From positions 211,101 through 243,100 of the forward strand of contig OZ246409.1 of the NCBI GenBank assembly GCA_965231035.1: a DNA stretch of 32,000 nt, read 5' to 3'. A program made the translations under genes and the position numbers. This document shows positions 15,598-25,700 of the stretch, one piece after another (the stretch's first letter is position 1; each line of letters starts with the position of its first letter). The stretch is from an uncultured Muribaculaceae bacterium (GTDB taxonomy: Bacteria > Pseudomonadota > Alphaproteobacteria > Rs-D84). Under the pieces are notes generated by a model that was not told the DNA's origin, did not search any database, and saw only the letters and a program-made list of their open reading frames with translations.

Positions 15598-16611
15598 ATG
15601 AGAAAAGTTTTTGCATTTTTAATCGTTTCTTTGTTTACCGGTGCATCGTTTGCGGCGACCGTTGCAGCATCTGATTTTATGGGTACCCAAGCATATCAAA
15701 ATCTCTATCCGTACATGAATAACAAAATGCGAGTTTCTTTGAATTCTGGTACGGATACTACAAATTCACGGGATACCGTTTCGGTTCTTGCCAGAACAAG
15801 TAATTTATCCGGTGGCACCAGACGCGTTGTCGCAAGGTCAGCAAATTCAAGTGGTGGAATAAGTGCTCGCTCTGCAACTGTTGGACAAACAAATAGCGGC
15901 GTTACAGCCAGATCAGCTTCTACGCAAACATCTTATGAAAATTCTGATATTTCTTATACAAACGCTCGTTCGGCCGCAACATCAAATCGTAGAGTTGTCG
16001 CACGTAGAGGTTCTTCTGATATTGATACAGTTTCCAGAGCTTCCAGATTAAATGGGTCTTATGTTTATAAAACAACCCAGGCGGCAGAAACTGATGCGGC
16101 CTCTTCTACCACAGAATCTATTTCAACCGCCAGATGTTTGGCTGATTATGTAACATGTATGAATGGTTATTGCGAACGCGATACAACAAGTTACAACCGT
16201 TGCTATTGCAGTTCGAAACTGGCGCAGATAGACGCAGAATATCAGCCAGAAATTGATTCATTGACCAAGCAAATTATTGTTTTGAAAAATGAAGGGACCT
16301 ATACTGATGCAGAAATGCAAGAATATTGGGAAGAAAAAGTCGGACAATACACTGGTGATGATTCTTGGACTAAACTTGATAATGCTTTGGATATTGATTG
16401 GTCAGACACAGAAAGTCGTGTTCGAGGACAACAAGCTTTTTTGACCGGACATGAATATTGTATCCAGCATTTACAGGCCTGCTCTTATATGTCTGCAAAT
16501 ATGCGTGACGCTTATGTTTCACAAATAAATCGTGACTGTGCAACTTATAAAACCAGCCTGCAAACTGTGAAAGACGCTGCTGAAAGTATTATCGAAAACC
16601 TTAGCGATTAG
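15598..16611 (+). CDS. Secreted hypothetical protein with N-terminal ARS(A)-type short repeats and a Cys-rich C-terminal domain
   Basis: Signal peptide MRKVFAFLIVSLFTGASFAATVAAS. Repeats: VVARSAN, ISARSAT, VTARSAS, NARSAAT, VVARRGS, VSRASR. C-terminus: ARCLADYVTCMNGYCERDTTSYNRCYCSS...CIQHLQACSYM...DCATY. The start is uncertain (15535 in the track). Confidence 0.55.
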   Translation: MRKVFAFLIVSLFTGASFAATVAASDFMGTQAYQNLYPYMNNKMRVSLNSGTDTTNSRDTVSVLARTSNLSGGTRRVVARSANSSGGISARSATVGQTNSGVTARSASTQTSYENSDISYTNARSAATSNRRVVARRGSSDIDTVSRASRLNGSYVYKTTQAAETDAASSTTESISTARCLADYVTCMNGYCERDTTSYNRCYCSSKLAQIDAEYQPEIDSLTKQIIVLKNEGTYTDAEMQEYWEEKVGQYTGDDSWTKLDNALDIDWSDTESRVRGQQAFLTGHEYCIQHLQACSYMSANMRDAYVSQINRDCATYKTSLQTVKDAAESIIENLSD

Positions 16612-16798
16612 TTTCTTCACAAGTTCTGTTGTGCTTGTAAATATTTCGAGCCAAATCATCACTGATTTTATTCCAATCCGAATCACGACCATAAATTGGG
16701 TCACAAATTATTTTTGCACAATCATTAATCTTTGATTGTGTATTTGTCGTGCAAGCGGCGACGAATGTCAACAGTGGCAGTATGATTAGTTTCTGCAT
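16601..16798 (-). CDS. Small lipoprotein (65 aa) whose start lies inside the upstream gene in another frame
   Basis: Lipobox LTFVAAC. RBS AAAGGAAAAATAAATG. It overlaps 16725..16952 by 74 nt out of frame. Confidence 0.55.
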   Translation of the reverse strand: MQKLIILPLLTFVAACTTNTQSKINDCAKIICDPIYGRDSDWNKISDDLARNIYKHNRTCEETNR

Positions 16799-16952
16799 TT
16801 ATTTTTCCTTTTAGTTCGATTATTGTTTGAATATTTGCATTATTTTCGGTAACAAATTTCGCCCTGCACTTTTCCGTTGCGATTCGTGAACCAAAAAAAT
16901 ATGCAGTAAACAAGGCGAACACAGCACCCAAAATTAAATAAATTTTATTCAT
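16725..16952 (-). CDS. Small bitopic membrane protein (75 aa)
   Basis: N-terminal TM helix IYLILGAVFALFTAYFFG followed by a charged, probably helical, periplasmic tail. RBS AAAGGAAAAATAAAATG is almost identical to that of the overlapping lipoprotein gene. Confidence 0.55.
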   Translation of the reverse strand: MNKIYLILGAVFALFTAYFFGSRIATEKCRAKFVTENNANIQTIIELKGKINAETNHTATVDIRRRLHDKYTIKD

Positions 16953-16977
16953 TTTATTTTTCCTTTTTATTAAAAAA

Positions 16978-16996
16978 ACCGCACAAAATGTGCGGT
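16978..16996 (-). terminator. Rho-independent terminator of the rho gene
   Basis: ACCGCAC-AAAAT-GTGCGGT hairpin, followed on the minus strand by TTTTTTTAAT. It lies about 25 nt after the rho stop. Confidence 0.75.
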
Positions 16997-17020
16997 TTTA
17001 ACAATAATTTTTTTTAATAT

Positions 17021-18289
17021 TTATGAATTCATAGAACTGAAAAAATCATCATTTGTTTTTGTCGTGCGCAATTTATCTAACAAAAATTCCATTGCTTCTA
17101 ATGTTCCCATAGGATTAATTATGCGGCGCAAAACATACATCTTGGACAAGATTTCTTTGCTGACCAATAAATCTTCTTTACGTGTTCCAGATTTTGTAAT
17201 ATCAATCGCTGGGTAAACACGTTTGTCAGATAATTTTCTATCCAAAATAATTTCGCTGTTTCCGGTTCCTTTGAATTCTTCGAAAATAACTTCGTCCATT
17301 TTGGATCCAGTATCAACCAGCGCGGTTGCAATAATCGTCAGACTGCCGCCGCCTTCGATATTACGTGCAGCACCAAAGAAACGCTTTGGACGTTGTAATG
17401 CATACGCATCAACACCACCAGTTAAAACCTTACCCGAGCTTGGGACAACTGTATTATATGCACGACCCAAACGTGTAATAGAGTCCAACAGAATTACAAC
17501 ATCTTGACCTGCTTCGACCAAACGTTTTGCTTTTTCAATAACCATTTCGGCAACTTGGATATGACGTGAAGCTGGTTCATCAAAGGTACTGGATATAACT
17601 TCACCCTTAACACTACGTTGCATATCTGTAACTTCTTCGGGACGTTCGTCAATCAGCAGAACAATCAATTTTACATCTGGATAATTGGTCGCAACAGAAT
17701 TTGCAATGTTCTGTAACATTACTGTTTTACCAGTACGCGGAGGCGCAACAATCAAAGAACGCTGTCCCTTACCTGTTGGTGAAATTAAATCGATAACACG
17801 AGCAGAAAGCGAACGACCCTTGTCTTTTTCGTTTTCAACTTCCATCTTTAATCTTTCATCCGGATACAGTGGTGTCATGTCGTCAAAAGAAACACGATGA
17901 CGCAAATTTTCAGGATCACCAGCATTTACACGTTCAATTGTTTCCAAAGCAAAATATCGTTCGGATTCATTTTGTGGAGCCTGAATTTGACCTTCGATAT
18001 AATCGCCAGTTTTTAAACCATATTTTTTTATCAAGTTTGGAGAAACATACAAATCGTCTGGTCCAGCCAAATAATTGCTTTCTGGTGCACGCAAGAATCC
18101 AAAACCATCCTGCATACGTTCCAAAACACCATCGCCAATTAATGTTGTTTTTTTATCTATGGCATAAACACGCAGCACAGCAAATCTTAATTGCTGTACA
18201 TTCAGCTGAGATGGGTTTTCAATTCCCAAGTCTTCAGCCATTTTCAAAAGTTGTTGCGGCGTTTTTGCCTTTAATTCATTTACGTGCAT
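17021..18289 (-). CDS. rho: Transcription termination factor Rho
   Basis: 422 aa. [15 protein letters not shown] (Walker A), [10 protein letters not shown] and [16 protein letters not shown] are present, and the N-terminal [23 protein letters not shown] matches the Rho_N domain. Confidence 0.97.
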   Translation of the reverse strand: MHVNELKAKTPQQLLKMAEDLGIENPSQLNVQQLRFAVLRVYAIDKKTTLIGDGVLERMQDGFGFLRAPESNYLAGPDDLYVSPNLIKKYGLKTGDYIEGQIQAPQNESERYFALETIERVNAGDPENLRHRVSFDDMTPLYPDERLKMEVENEKDKGRSLSARVIDLISPTGKGQRSLIVAPPRTGKTVMLQNIANSVATNYPDVKLIVLLIDERPEEVTDMQRSVKGEVISSTFDEPASRHIQVAEMVIEKAKRLVEAGQDVVILLDSITRLGRAYNTVVPSSGKVLTGGVDAYALQRPKRFFGAARNIEGGGSLTIIATALVDTGSKMDEVIFEEFKGTGNSEIILDRKLSDKRVYPAIDITKSGTRKEDLLVSKEILSKMYVLRRIINPMGTLEAMEFLLDKLRTTKTNDDFFSSMNS

Positions 18290-18349
18290 AGTAAAACCTT
18301 AGTTTGGAAAATTTTGAAACGAGAGAACTCCCGTCTTTTGGTTAATTGT

Positions 18350-18378
18350 AATATAATGTAAAAACCTTAAAAAGTCAA
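18350..18378 (-). promoter_or_regulatory. Candidate rho promoter
   Basis: The minus strand reads TTGACT-N17-TATATT. The roughly 55-nt leader contains the small hairpin ACGGGAG/CTCTCGT followed by a T-rich tract. Confidence 0.45.
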
Positions 18379-18386
18379 GCTTTCTG

Positions 18387-18776
18387 CTAATCCATTTCCA
18401 GATTCCATAAACCCTGATGACCAGAAATTGACAAAGGTTGCGTCAAAACTTGAATATTTGATAGTTTCCAAGCATAACGACCAACACACCAATCTCCAAA
18501 ATCTTTTTCGGTCTGCGGTTGGGAATTGATAAATTCCGGGGTCATTAAAATACAATCTTCTAAATCACAAATCAATAAAACCTGACCCAATGGTAATTCA
18601 AGAATACCATACTTTGTGGCCAATTCTTTTGAAGAAATTGTTAACGGCTTTAATGACGCATGTATTGCCAATTTTCCACGATATTTGGTCGCCCAAGAGC
18701 GCGTTTCATAACGTTTCAAACCCAATGCAATTGCTGTTGCGTATGGTTGCCACAAAGTAAGTGCTTTTACAGACAT
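18387..18776 (-). CDS. ASCH domain-containing protein
   Basis: The N-terminus ALTLWQPYATAIALGLKRYETRSWATKYRGKLAIHAS follows the common ASCH-like pattern (lWQPWA..i..G.K..E.R.w.t.yrG.l.IHA). Confidence 0.6.
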   Translation of the reverse strand: MSVKALTLWQPYATAIALGLKRYETRSWATKYRGKLAIHASLKPLTISSKELATKYGILELPLGQVLLICDLEDCILMTPEFINSQPQTEKDFGDWCVGRYAWKLSNIQVLTQPLSISGHQGLWNLEMD

Positions 18777-18817
18777 ACAATAAGATTAACAAATTTCAAC
18801 GGATTTACAAAGAAAAA

Positions 18818-18840
18818 ACTGCGAAGAATCCCTTCGCAGT
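18818..18840 (-). terminator. Rho-independent terminator after the 48-aa ORF
   Basis: ACTGCGAAG-aatcc-CTTCGCAGT has a 9-bp stem and is followed on the minus strand by TTTTTCTTT. Confidence 0.7.
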
Positions 18841-18863
18841 TTTCAATATATGCGAAAATATAA

Positions 18864-19010
18864 TTATTTTTCGTTTTCTGAACCAGATTTCAGCGTAACC
18901 CCAGCCTGTTTTAACGCTGCGGCTATATCGACAACCTCTTGACCCTTGCCAAAAACACGACCTTTTGAACCCGGTACTTTTTTAATAGCTTCACCAAACT
19001 TATTGTTCAT
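18864..19010 (-). CDS. Small hypothetical protein (48 aa), below the ORF-track cutoff
   Basis: MNNKFGEAIKKVPGSKGRVFGKGQEVVDIAAALKQAGVTLKSGSENEK. RBS AAAGGA lies 7 nt upstream, a TTGACA -35-like hexamer is at 19068..19073 (minus strand), and its own terminator is at 18818..18840. Confidence 0.45.
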   Translation of the reverse strand: MNNKFGEAIKKVPGSKGRVFGKGQEVVDIAAALKQAGVTLKSGSENEK

Positions 19011-19117
19011 TTAAATTCCTTTTAAATAAACATTCTCAAATCAGAGAATATACTAATAATCTATTTTTGTCAAGTATTATTATAAGAACAAAAACTTAAC
19101 AAAAACGCTCTTTTTTA

Positions 19118-20503
19118 CTATTTGTCGCAACCATACATTCCGCAATCTGGTTCTGGCTGTCCCATTGGTTGTTTTTCAACCTGGACAGCAGCAACCGGAA
19201 CAGTTTTACCCGGTTCTGTATAATGAACTTCTTTGACAACACGAACACGGCGATTTTCTGCATTCGGCGTATTATCACCTGTTGTAACTTTGTTATCTTT
19301 TTCGCCAGCAGATACGGAAACTATCTGTGTCGCAGGAATTCCATATTTTACTAACATTTTTTGAACCGCTTCGGCACGGCGTCCACCCAAGGCATAATTA
19401 TATGAACTGCTGCCTGCGGTATCTGTATGACCAATTACAGAAACCTTGATATTCTTATTTTCTTGGGTTGCTGTTGCCAATTTACGGATTAAATCTTGGT
19501 ATTCTGGTTTTATGGTTGCCTTGTTAAAATCAAAACGAACTTCGAAAATTTCTTCCATTACATGCTGTTTTGGTTCCAATGGAATTTGTTGAACTTTCAA
19601 AATTGTTTTTTCGCCACTGGCTTCTTGCATTTTATCTAATCTGGAATTAATTGCTGTCAATTCAGAACGCATTGCCATCATCATATTGATAAATTCATCA
19701 CGGCTAACCATTTCTTCGCCAACAGTAGGGGTTTCTTCGGTCGAAGCATCTGTTGATTTATCATTGCTGTAAATATTCTGATTAAATATCATTGGTTGAA
19801 CAGGAACAGGATTTATTAAATGTTCTGGAATATTAACATTGTTGACGATTATAACACTTTCACGTTCACGACCAACACCATTCATCGCAGACATTTTATC
19901 GGTTTCTGGATAATAAGTTTCCGCAACCTGGGATTTAACAATCTTTGATTCTTTGGTTTCGGTTTTTGTTTGAACAGTCTTGCCATCACAATTCAAAGCG
20001 GCCATAGCCTTTACAAAACGGTCATGACATTCATTTGCAGTAGCTGTCTGTTCACTGGCAGTTGCAGACAACCAGCAATCAAATTTCGCCTGGGCTTCGG
20101 CAGCAACTTCTGGATTATTTTCCGAAGCATCATTTTTCAAAGCATCCAACAGTTTGTTGTATTCATTATGAAATTCGAATGATGTCTTTTCATCAATAAT
20201 TTTCCAATTATCCAAACTTTCTGGGAAAGGTAATTCACCTGAAAAAGCCGCAACAGCCTTTTGAGCAAATATTTCACCCATATCTGGATGACCACTGGTT
20301 CTGGCATTATAAATTGCATAAGAACGATAATTCATAGCCAACTGGTTCAAAAAAGAATCTTTGTGCGGGGCGGAATAAACGTCCAACGATTCAACATAAT
20401 CAACCGTAGGAGTTGCAACCGGTGTATTTTGAACATTTTTATCAGTTCCAGCACAAGCGGTCAGCAACAAAACAGACAATAAAACATAATATTTATTCTT
20501 CAT
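19118..20503 (-). CDS. OmpA-family lipoprotein (C-terminal peptidoglycan-binding OmpA domain)
   Basis: Lipobox LLLTAC after MKNKYYVLLSV. The C-terminal FDFNKATIKPEYQDLI...VIGHTDTAGSSSYNYALGGRRAEAVQKMLVKYGI...NRRVRVV is the OmpA_C pattern. The start is set at the Met with RBS AGAGGG; the track ORF begins 28 codons upstream. Confidence 0.85.
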   Translation of the reverse strand: MKNKYYVLLSVLLLTACAGTDKNVQNTPVATPTVDYVESLDVYSAPHKDSFLNQLAMNYRSYAIYNARTSGHPDMGEIFAQKAVAAFSGELPFPESLDNWKIIDEKTSFEFHNEYNKLLDALKNDASENNPEVAAEAQAKFDCWLSATASEQTATANECHDRFVKAMAALNCDGKTVQTKTETKESKIVKSQVAETYYPETDKMSAMNGVGRERESVIIVNNVNIPEHLINPVPVQPMIFNQNIYSNDKSTDASTEETPTVGEEMVSRDEFINMMMAMRSELTAINSRLDKMQEASGEKTILKVQQIPLEPKQHVMEEIFEVRFDFNKATIKPEYQDLIRKLATATQENKNIKVSVIGHTDTAGSSSYNYALGGRRAEAVQKMLVKYGIPATQIVSVSAGEKDNKVTTGDNTPNAENRRVRVVKEVHYTEPGKTVPVAAVQVEKQPMGQPEPDCGMYGCDK

Positions 20504-20615
20504 TAAAAACCCTCTTTCGAACTTTTGTCTAATTATAACGAATTTTATGCACGCGAGTAAAGGGAAAAAGTAATCAAGAGAACACAAAAATCAATTATTT
20601 CCAAACAAAAGATTT

Positions 20616-21425
20616 TTATTTGTTCATTAATTGACTTGCAACATTACCCAAGGAACCTATGGCACCAATACCACCACTGGAACTTATATTGCCAACCTGT
20701 TGCATAATCGAGCTGGTATCTGTTTTTTTGCCCAATCCCCCAGCAGTGCTAACCAAGAAATCACCCCACAGTGCTTTTTTCTTGGCACTTAACTTCGAAG
20801 GAGAGCAACTTTCTATCTTACTTAGCAGTTTTGCAGCCATCGTAGCCTCGGACTGAGTATAATCCGCCGGGTCAAAATCAATAACGTTAAACAAGTCATA
20901 CATATTAGAAACTGTGACTTTATTTTTGCCAGAACAACCATTATTAGGCGTACCATCTTTACAATATGTCCCCTTGCCTGTTCTTGGAAACTCGTTCCAA
21001 ACCATTCCTTTGTCATTAAAAAAGTTATAACAAGGTGTTATTCCCGAAGTTTGAAAACTATTTTCCTTATCGTAACCATCAAAATTTCTGCATGGACCAG
21101 AAAAGTTCTTCTTTGTCATTTCACCTTGAATTTCTTTCAATGTCATTTGGCCAGTTTTTGCCCATTCTTTCATTGTATTATCGACAAAATCCATTTCTTG
21201 TTTTGTTGGTTCACACTCAGCTGACATCTCATTCTGCTTTGCATTAATTGTCATAATACCAGAAACCAATCCAATAGCATTTGGAACCAAGCTGGCCGTG
21301 CTGGAAGATCCAGAAGAACTGGACGATGCAACTGGGGTTGCCTTTTTAATTTGAACAGCTGCGCCCGCCGAAAACATCGGTGCAATACAAAAAGTAGCAA
21401 TAAAAAATCTAAAAGTTCTATTCAT
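20616..21425 (-). CDS. Secreted hypothetical protein (Ser-rich linker, 8 Cys, Gly/Ser-rich C-terminus)
   Basis: Signal peptide MNRTFRFFIATFCIAPMFSAGAA. I recognise no family. Confidence 0.5.
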   Translation of the reverse strand: MNRTFRFFIATFCIAPMFSAGAAVQIKKATPVASSSSSGSSSTASLVPNAIGLVSGIMTINAKQNEMSAECEPTKQEMDFVDNTMKEWAKTGQMTLKEIQGEMTKKNFSGPCRNFDGYDKENSFQTSGITPCYNFFNDKGMVWNEFPRTGKGTYCKDGTPNNGCSGKNKVTVSNMYDLFNVIDFDPADYTQSEATMAAKLLSKIESCSPSKLSAKKKALWGDFLVSTAGGLGKKTDTSSIMQQVGNISSSGGIGAIGSLGNVASQLMNK

Positions 21426-21510
21426 TCTCTCTTGCTTTATTATAACACAAAAAACAACATTATAAAATATAAAAATTGCTTTTTGATTTCTATTACTTTA
21501 AACTGGGCGC

Positions 21511-21990
21511 ATGGATTATGATAAACGCAGTTTTATAATTTTCGACAAGCAAAGACGATTAAAACGCTGGTGGCAGTTCTTTTTTACAGGATGGGGACTG
21601 GTTATGATTACTGCATTGGTTGCTGGAACATTGTTTACCAGACAGCTTTTGTGGACACCAATATCTGCCATAAATATGAAAGAAATCGTTAATAATCAAT
21701 TTCAGATGACTAATGCTGCTTTTGCTGGAACTGACAAGAATGGTAATCCTTTTAAAATTAATGCTGCTGTTGCCAGACAAGAATACACTAACCCTGATGT
21801 ATTATATATTGAAAAAATTTCAGGAACCGTGGTTCGTATATCCGATAATAAAAAAATTACGGATAAAATCAATGCAAATACAGGTAAATACAACAGCAAA
21901 GATAATACAGTCACTTTAATCGGAAATGTCCGTGTGGACTCTGATAATGGTGATAAAATATTAACAGATGAATTGGTGATACAATTATGA
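21511..21990 (+). CDS. lptC: LptC-like LPS export protein (membrane-anchored OstA-fold)
   Basis: Single N-terminal TM helix (FFFTGWGLVMITALVAGTLF) followed by a beta-rich domain: QMTNAAFAGTDKNGNPFKINAAVA...NTGKYNSKDNTVTLIGNVRV. It overlaps lptB by ATGA. The call rests partly on position. Confidence 0.6.
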   Translation: MDYDKRSFIIFDKQRRLKRWWQFFFTGWGLVMITALVAGTLFTRQLLWTPISAINMKEIVNNQFQMTNAAFAGTDKNGNPFKINAAVARQEYTNPDVLYIEKISGTVVRISDNKKITDKINANTGKYNSKDNTVTLIGNVRVDSDNGDKILTDELVIQL

Positions 21991-22715
21991 AGCAAAGCGT
22001 TTTATATGTTAAACACTTGTCCAAAACATATGGCGAGCGTATGGTGTTGAAAGACATCTCTATGGAAGTAAAGCAAGGTGAATCCGTTGGGCTTTTGGGA
22101 CCAAATGGTGCCGGTAAAACTACGGCTTTTTATTGCATTATGGGATTACTTGGTGCGACTGGTGGTCAAATATTTTTAAATTCCCAAGATATTACTCATT
22201 TACCTTTTTATCAACGCGCACGCATGCACATTGGATATTTACCCCAAGAAAACAGTGTGTTTCGTGGGTTGACTGTTGAACAAAACATTATGGCAATTTT
22301 GGAAGTAGTAGAACCAGATAAAAATAAACGAGAAAAGAAACTTGATTCATTATTAAAAGAATTTGCTATTAAAGATCTGCGAAACAGTCAGGCTACTGCA
22401 CTTTCTGGTGGTGAACGCAGACGCGTTGAAATTGCACGCGCATTGGCAAATGATCCTAAATTTATATTGTTGGATGAACCATTTGCTGGGATTGACCCAA
22501 TTGCTGTTAATGAAATCCGCGGCTTGGTATCACAATTAAAAAATCGTGGTTTGGGCGTTATTATTACCGACCATAATGTTCGTGAAACCTTGGGTATTAC
22601 AGACCGCAGTTATGTACTGCACGATGGAAAAATATTAAAGCAAGGAACCACAGAAGAAATTGTAAAAGATAAAATGGTTAAAAAAGTTTACCTGGGCGAA
22701 GATTTTGTGATGTAA
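21987..22715 (+). CDS. lptB: LPS export ABC transporter ATP-binding protein LptB
   Basis: GLLGPNGAGKTT (Walker A), LSGGERRRVEIARAL (signature), ILLDEPFAGIDP (Walker B), and the LptB-typical YLPQE and DHNVRETL. Confidence 0.93.
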   Translation: MKQSVLYVKHLSKTYGERMVLKDISMEVKQGESVGLLGPNGAGKTTAFYCIMGLLGATGGQIFLNSQDITHLPFYQRARMHIGYLPQENSVFRGLTVEQNIMAILEVVEPDKNKREKKLDSLLKEFAIKDLRNSQATALSGGERRRVEIARALANDPKFILLDEPFAGIDPIAVNEIRGLVSQLKNRGLGVIITDHNVRETLGITDRSYVLHDGKILKQGTTEEIVKDKMVKKVYLGEDFVM

Positions 22716-22720
22716 AAAAA

Positions 22721-22742
22721 ACGGTTTGAATTTTCAAACCGT
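22721..22742. terminator. Bidirectional terminator between convergent lptB and the autotransporter gene
   Basis: ACGGTTTGAA-tt-TTCAAACCGT has a 10-bp stem flanked by A8 and T6 runs. Confidence 0.75.
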
Positions 22743-22753
22743 TTTTTATTTTA

Positions 22754-25700
22754 TCAGAATCTGTATGCACCGTACAATTTAACCTTGTGAATCTGTAAAT
22801 CAGCATTGTACTGATAACGATAATCAACACCAAACTGCCATCCGGATGCAGCCAAACATTCAATTCCACCGCCTGCATTTGCCCACAAAGGATCAATTTC
22901 AGTTTTATAATCTGTCATTTCCTTGGCAACTGCAAACTTAAACTGTGATTCAGGGATACCCAACAAATCATATTCAACACCAAATGACAAATTAGGACGA
23001 ATCTGGAACCACGGTGATGTATAAATTCTTTTCTGGGCAATCAAAGAATATCCTGGAGTCAAGCTGGCATAACCATCTGACTGCAATCTCATATAATTAT
23101 TTTCTTTGATTTTTTCATCAATTGTGTACCCAAAGTTATATCCAGCACGAACATAAGCATTTCCGACAATGTATTGATTCAGCCAGTCGTGCATCAAACC
23201 CCATTCTGATGTCAGACTTAAAGATGTTCCACTTCCCTGTATTGAGTCTAAATAATTTTGATCACGTGATATATCTAACATATAGGCATCCAAGAATGCA
23301 TTACCATAAAAACGTGTCTTTTCATTCATTGTCCCCATCAAATATCCACCAAATCCAAAGTTAGTGTTTGTAACCTGGGTCTTGGAACTGACCGGAACAG
23401 ATGCTCCATTTTTATAACCCAAATCAATATTATCTACATTGTCGTTTGTTGTATGTGACATACGTCCAGACAGTCCAACAATCAAAGTATTTGATGCCTG
23501 CCAATCAAAACCACCACTGATCGAGAAACGATTACCCTTTGCCCTATTCTCGGTTCCCAATTGTTGTGTCATCATTCCAAAATCTGTATCAACCCAAGAA
23601 TTTCTTATCTTGCGATTTCTGTTCCAAACAAATTCATCAAACATATGATCTTCGAAATCACGAGCAAATGTGTGTTCGTTCAAACTGATAGTTCCTGTAA
23701 TTTGATTCATTTCACGTGGTTGCATCAATCTGCTGAATTGTGCCAAACGATAACCATCATGATCCAATTGGTATTGTTCCATCAAATTATAAAGTTCATT
23801 TCCAAAATCTTCCAAATATGTGCCATCAAACGCAACAGGTATTGTTTCAATTGGATTGCGACCTGTGAATCCAAGATCTGCAAATCGTCCTGCGATTAAG
23901 TTATCCAAAGCACCTGCAGCAGAATATTCACCATCGGTATGATAATTTTCATTACCAACAATTGGTTGGATTTTGAATACTTCTACTGGACCACCGAAAC
24001 GTGGATCAAACACTACATAAATACTGTCCGCTGTTCCATCATCGTTTGTGTCACGCAATGAAAGATATATTGGTGTATCATTTGTATCTGTGCTGCCATT
24101 GCCCAAAGCATCTAAATAGTTATAACAAATGCTGCCATCTGAATTACAGAATTTTACGAACAAGTTTCTGGTCTTTAATCCCAATTCTTCGATACCATCA
24201 TCTGCATGCAATAACCATATTGCAGATCCAGGGTTAACTATATCAAATATATCAACACCAAACTGAGATGTTTCCAAAGAACCAACAGCAGCAGAACCCA
24301 AAGTTGTAACATTAGAAATAAATTTACCATTTATATCAATCAAAGGTTCCCCAGATGCACCATTAATAATCTGACCAAAACTGTCATCATTTGTTAAGCT
24401 GATACCGGACCAATAATTAACAGGTGCGCCGACTCTTGGTAAAACAGCCGCGTGCAACATACTGGTGTCATCAAATAAATAATCACCACCAACAGTCATT
24501 CTGGATAAACCTGTGAATCTGACATTGCTGCCGATATTTCCATCAACATTTGCGGTCAACCAATTTGGACCAGTTGCAACTATTTGTAAATCTTGAACAT
24601 CAATATCACCACCAACATCCAAGTCACTGGTATTCAAAACTATTGTTCCTGATTCTTGATAAATTTTTGATGCAGCAATACCATCAGCATTTATAACCAA
24701 ATCTGTGGTTGCGATATTTATATCACCATTTGAAACTGTGCCAGAAGAATTCTGTAACAAACCACCAAACAAATTAACCTGACCCGTTACATCCAATTGG
24801 TTTGCATAAATATAAGCTGAACCACCCGTTGTTGCAAAGCTGTCAAAATAAACAACGTCATCTGTATTAATTGTCAATGACCCAGAGTTTGTAGCATTTC
24901 CTAATTCAATATCTGTTGAATCCAAAGACAATGTTCCAGCACTGTTCATTCCACCAAGAACAATACTATTTGCAGATATTGTAACGTCAGCAGTGCTGCC
25001 AGTTACCAAATCACCACCCACGGTTAGATTTGCCAAACCATAATTTCCTGTATAACGAACAGCATTAAAATCACCACCAACATTCAAATCTGTTGTTTTG
25101 AAGTTTGTATTATCTTGTGTCAGGTTCAACATTCCAGAAGTTGCACCTTGGTACAAATCACCAGTAACATCGGTATTACCAGAAACATAAATACTGTTTG
25201 AATTCAGATTTGCATAACCACCAGTTACCGACAACAATGCAGCATCGATTGAATTTCCTGTTATATCCAGACTGTTTGCAGTCGAAGATATATTATTTAA
25301 TGTAATTGAATTACCAGCAACAAAAGTTACATGACCACTGTTTGTTAAATCATTTAAGTCAATATCTGTATCACTATTAACTGAAAAAGAACCAGTATTT
25401 ATCAAATCAATTACTGTGAAATATGATGATGCAATATTCATAGTACCAGAATTTGTGATATTGTTTAAAAATGCTAATTCGTTTGCTGCATCCATATCCA
25501 GTTCACCAGAAATATTAACATCACCGGAAACATTTATTTGATCCGCTGCGTTCATTGTTAATTTGTTTCCAGTTGAAATTGACATACCATTTGAAACAGC
25601 AATATCTGCACCAACACCAGTTGTTTCCAATGTTAAATCATGTGTCGTTCTGATTACAAATCCAGTTGATGGATCAGTACCATCAAACCAAACACCATTA

